Positions 29,076 through 32,000 of a stretch of 32,000 nucleotides of DNA are shown in pieces (the stretch's first letter is position 1; every line of letters begins with the position of its first letter). This DNA comes from Raphidiopsis brookii D9. GTDB taxonomy: Bacteria; Cyanobacteriota; Cyanobacteriia; Cyanobacteriales; Nostocaceae. Below the pieces are notes generated by a model that saw only the letters and a program-made list of their open reading frames with translations, was not told the origin of the DNA and searched no databases. The DNA lies in the NCBI GenBank assembly GCA_000175855.1, contig ACYB01000040.1, forward strand, positions 22,454 through 54,453. Reading direction: 5' to 3'. The position numbers were made by a program, and so were the translations under genes.

Positions 29076-30497
29076 ATGATAACACCAATAGAAGTGCGTA
29101 ACCCCCGCACAGGTAAATTTGATTATGTGATTGTTCCCCCACCAGCAAAACTCCTTTCCCAGCAGTGTCATAGACTGCGTAGGGGACAAATCTCTTGGCA
29201 GAAAATTGGTGTTGAAGGAAGAATAGAAACTCTAAAGCACTTTCGAGAATCTATAGTACGTGAATATAATTTATTAAAAAATGCTTTAGTTAGTGATACG
29301 GGGAGATTAGGAACGTCAACATTGGAGATAGATATTTTCTTAAATAACATTGATAAATGGTGTAACTTAGCTCCTCAACTGTTACAGTCAACAGCCAAAA
29401 ATACATCGATTCCCTTTATTAGTTTAAGACAACAACTAGCTCCGTACAGACTAGTTGGGATCATAAGTCCCAGTCATTTTCCCTTATTGACATCAACAAT
29501 TGATGCTATTCCTGCTCTGTTAGCGGGTTGTGCAGTAATTATCAAACCCAGTGAACTAACACCCCGGTTTTTTGGCAATCTCATGACTATCATCAATAAA
29601 ATTAATAAACTAAAAGATGTATTAACCTGCATTGAAGGTGGACCAGAGACAGGGACAATTTTAATAGATGAAGTAGATCTAATTTGTTTTCGAGGTAGTT
29701 TACAAACAGGGAGACTAGTTGCTCAAAATGCTGCTAGGAATTTTATTCCAGCTTTTTTAGAATTAGGAGGAAAAGATCCAGCCATTATTTTAGAATCTGC
29801 CAATTTAGATTTAGCAGCTTCGGCAATTTTATGGTCAGCAGTTATGAATAGAGGTGGTTCATCAATTGAAAGAATTTACGTTGCGGAATCTATATATGAA
29901 GAGTTTTATCACCTACTAATCACTAAAACCCATCAATTAAAATTTGCCTATCCCGACATTGAAAGTGGAGAAATAGGACCAATTATGTCTGAAAATCAGG
30001 CCAAAATTATCAATAACCACCTACAAGATGCAATAAAAAAGGGAGCAGTAATTCATTGTGGAGGGAAAGTTGAAGAGATGGAGGGTACTTGGTGGTGTAA
30101 ACCTACAGTCCTGACCCAAGTAAATCATTCCATGAAAATCATGATGGAACAAACCTTTGGTCCGATCATGCCCATCATGAGCTTTTCCACGGTTGAAGAA
30201 GCAGTGAATTTGGCTAATGATTCCATTTATGGATTGAATGCTGCCATATTTGCTGAATCAGAAGAATTAGCGGTAGAAATTGGTATGGAATTAGATGTGG
30301 GCACCATTAGTATTAATGATGCAGGTCTAACAGCTATTATGCAAGAGGGGGAAAATCATCCCCTAAAATTTTCTGGTTTAGGAGGATCTCGCATGGGTAA
30401 CTCAGTTTTTAAAAACTTCCTCCGAACTAAGGCTTTCTTAATAAAAACTAACGATCTTAACGATCCTTGGTGGTTCAATATAGAACAATCTATTTAA
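29076..30497 (+). CDS. Aldehyde dehydrogenase superfamily homolog, apparent catalytic Cys absent
   Basis: 473-aa ORF; PYRLVGIISPSHFPLLTSTIDAIPALLAGCAVIIKPSELTP, AFLELGGKDPAIILESANLDLAASAILWSAVMNRGGSSIERIYVAES, MEQTFGPIMPIMSF, HPLKFSGLGGSRMG. Confidence 0.88.
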   Translation: MITPIEVRNPRTGKFDYVIVPPPAKLLSQQCHRLRRGQISWQKIGVEGRIETLKHFRESIVREYNLLKNALVSDTGRLGTSTLEIDIFLNNIDKWCNLAPQLLQSTAKNTSIPFISLRQQLAPYRLVGIISPSHFPLLTSTIDAIPALLAGCAVIIKPSELTPRFFGNLMTIINKINKLKDVLTCIEGGPETGTILIDEVDLICFRGSLQTGRLVAQNAARNFIPAFLELGGKDPAIILESANLDLAASAILWSAVMNRGGSSIERIYVAESIYEEFYHLLITKTHQLKFAYPDIESGEIGPIMSENQAKIINNHLQDAIKKGAVIHCGGKVEEMEGTWWCKPTVLTQVNHSMKIMMEQTFGPIMPIMSFSTVEEAVNLANDSIYGLNAAIFAESEELAVEIGMELDVGTISINDAGLTAIMQEGENHPLKFSGLGGSRMGNSVFKNFLRTKAFLIKTNDLNDPWWFNIEQSI

Positions 30498-32000
30498 ACT
30501 CCCACACCTTCCAACTGTTCATCAGTCAACTCATACAACTGACGCAGTTGATTTAGTCTATTTTCATCCGCATTCCACAAACCTCGACCATGTGCTTCTA
30601 ACATCCTGCTGACAATATTCCTAAATGCTTCTGGGTTAGCTTGACGCAATTTTTCCGCCATTTCCTGATCTAAAGCATAGGTATCTGCTGCTTGTTCATA
30701 AACCCAATGGTCTCTAAAATCCACGGTTCCCCCCCATCCAATTAAAGCTGTCATCCGCTGGGAAATTTCAAAAGCACCTCCCGAACCTTGATTGGCCATG
30801 GAGTTAGCCCATTTAGGATTTAATAACTTAGTTCTGTACTCCATTCTTAATAAATCATCTAAATTCCTGGGTGTGGTGTCTTTAGAAAAACTCTCCACAA
30901 AACTAGCTGTCACTCGCTTTCCACTTTGCTGCTCTGCAGCTTTTTTCAACCCCCCTGTGTTGGCATAATACTCTTGAATGTCAGTTAAACCATACTCTAC
31001 AGAGTCTATTTCCTGGACTATGCGATCGCTTGTTTTTAATAAGGTTTGTAATACCTCTGGTCTAGCTTGTCCTTTGTCTTGACGACCATAACTAAAAACA
31101 TTGCGACTTTCCCAGGTTTTGCCTAATTCATCACCACTATCCCAATTACCATCAACTACCCGGTCATTAACCAAAGAACCGAAATCACCGGAGGGGTTAG
31201 AAAACAATCTAGCTGATGAATTTTCTATTCCCTGTGCTTGTAAGAGCAAAGCATGTTTTCTAATAAAATTCCACTCTTGAGGTTCATCAATTTGTGCTGC
31301 TCGCAGGAATAAATCATCCAACAGTTCAATAATATTCACAAAGCTATCGCGGAAAATACCTGATAGATTACCCAGCACATCAATTCTAGGATGTCCCACA
31401 GTTTCTAGAGGTTTTAAATCGTATCTGACAATTCTTCCTGTTCCTTCCTTCACTGGTTCAGCACCTACCAACTCTAATAAAATCCCCAGGGATTCACCTT
31501 TAGTTTTAATTGCATCTAAACCCCATAATAAAACTGCTACGGTTTCTGGATAGGAGTGATGTTCTTGTAGATGCTGGTCAAGGATTTTGCGGGCAATTTC
31601 CCTACCTCGCTCATAAGCAGCGGGAGAAGGCATTCTATAGGGATCTAAAGCATGAATATTTCTCCCCGTAGGTAATACACCCGGACCATCTCTCAACAAA
31701 TCTCCACCAGGTGCGGGGGGAATATACTCACCATTTAATCCTCGTAATAAGTTGGTTAATTCATCGGTGGACTGGTTTAATAAATCTACAATTAGATTTT
31801 CTTGAGATTTTTGGGATTCTTTTTGCACTTCAGTTCCTTCTCCAAAATAGGCGTTCAAATAACCAGTTAGTTCTTCTTCATTAGGCGGTTCACCTAAAGT
31901 GTGCAATCCAGAAGAAAATAGACGGTTTTCCAATACCTGTAGGTACTCATATAACTTAACTAAATAATGTTCAAAAGCATGAACACTAAACATTTTGACA
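30494..32000 (-). CDS. chlH: Magnesium chelatase subunit H / CobN family, C-terminal part (gene continues off the window end)
   Basis: ORF stays open to base 32000; ENRLFSSGLHTLGEPPNEEEL, ETVAVLLWGLDAIKTKGES, GHPRIDVLGNLSGIFRDSFVNIIELLDDLFLRAAQIDEP, NVFSYGRQDKGQARPEVLQTLLKTSDRIVQEIDSVEYGLTDIQEYYANTGGLKKAAE. The chlH versus bchH-like paralog assignment is uncertain. Confidence 0.88.
   Translation of the reverse strand, partial: VKMFSVHAFEHYLVKLYEYLQVLENRLFSSGLHTLGEPPNEEELTGYLNAYFGEGTEVQKESQKSQENLIVDLLNQSTDELTNLLRGLNGEYIPPAPGGDLLRDGPGVLPTGRNIHALDPYRMPSPAAYERGREIARKILDQHLQEHHSYPETVAVLLWGLDAIKTKGESLGILLELVGAEPVKEGTGRIVRYDLKPLETVGHPRIDVLGNLSGIFRDSFVNIIELLDDLFLRAAQIDEPQEWNFIRKHALLLQAQGIENSSARLFSNPSGDFGSLVNDRVVDGNWDSGDELGKTWESRNVFSYGRQDKGQARPEVLQTLLKTSDRIVQEIDSVEYGLTDIQEYYANTGGLKKAAEQQSGKRVTASFVESFSKDTTPRNLDDLLRMEYRTKLLNPKWANSMANQGSGGAFEISQRMTALIGWGGTVDFRDHWVYEQAADTYALDQEMAEKLRQANPEAFRNIVSRMLEAHGRGLWNADENRLNQLRQLYELTDEQLEGVGV

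Overview
This 32 kb window is cyanobacterial-type DNA. About nine HIP1 octamers (GCGATCGC) are visible, along with a chlH/bchH-family gene; Nostocales is a guess. About 18 genes (roughly 1-19.6 kb) look like an organosulfur-scavenging region: a partial FAD-dependent oxidoreductase, an aldo/keto reductase, two GST-family proteins, a formylglycine-generating-enzyme-like protein paired with an exported arylsulfatase (CSPTR), a bile-acid/sodium-symporter-family transporter, ssuB, two ssuA paralogs, ssuC, ssuD, an SsuE-like FMN reductase, an exported rhodanese, an unlisted 57-aa secreted peptide, a YeeE/YedE transporter, and metY-metX. Next come an ABC exporter, an amidohydrolase, an NtaA/DszA-type flavin monooxygenase, a DrrAB-type ABC system with a MarR regulator, ruvA, bioF, an aldehyde-dehydrogenase homolog that appears to lack its catalytic Cys, and the C-terminal part of a magnesium chelatase subunit H family gene. 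Two aspects stand out. First, the sulfur region combines sulfatase maturation, sulfonate import and cleavage, sulfane-sulfur transfer and homocysteine synthesis. Second, at least five genes carry apparent single-nucleotide frameshifts, most at homopolymers, and the ORF track hides these. No CRISPR array, tRNA, rRNA or intact transposase was recognised. I do not see a clear, wholly new class of system. The component families are known, and the novelty, if any, is in the combination and in a few local oddities.
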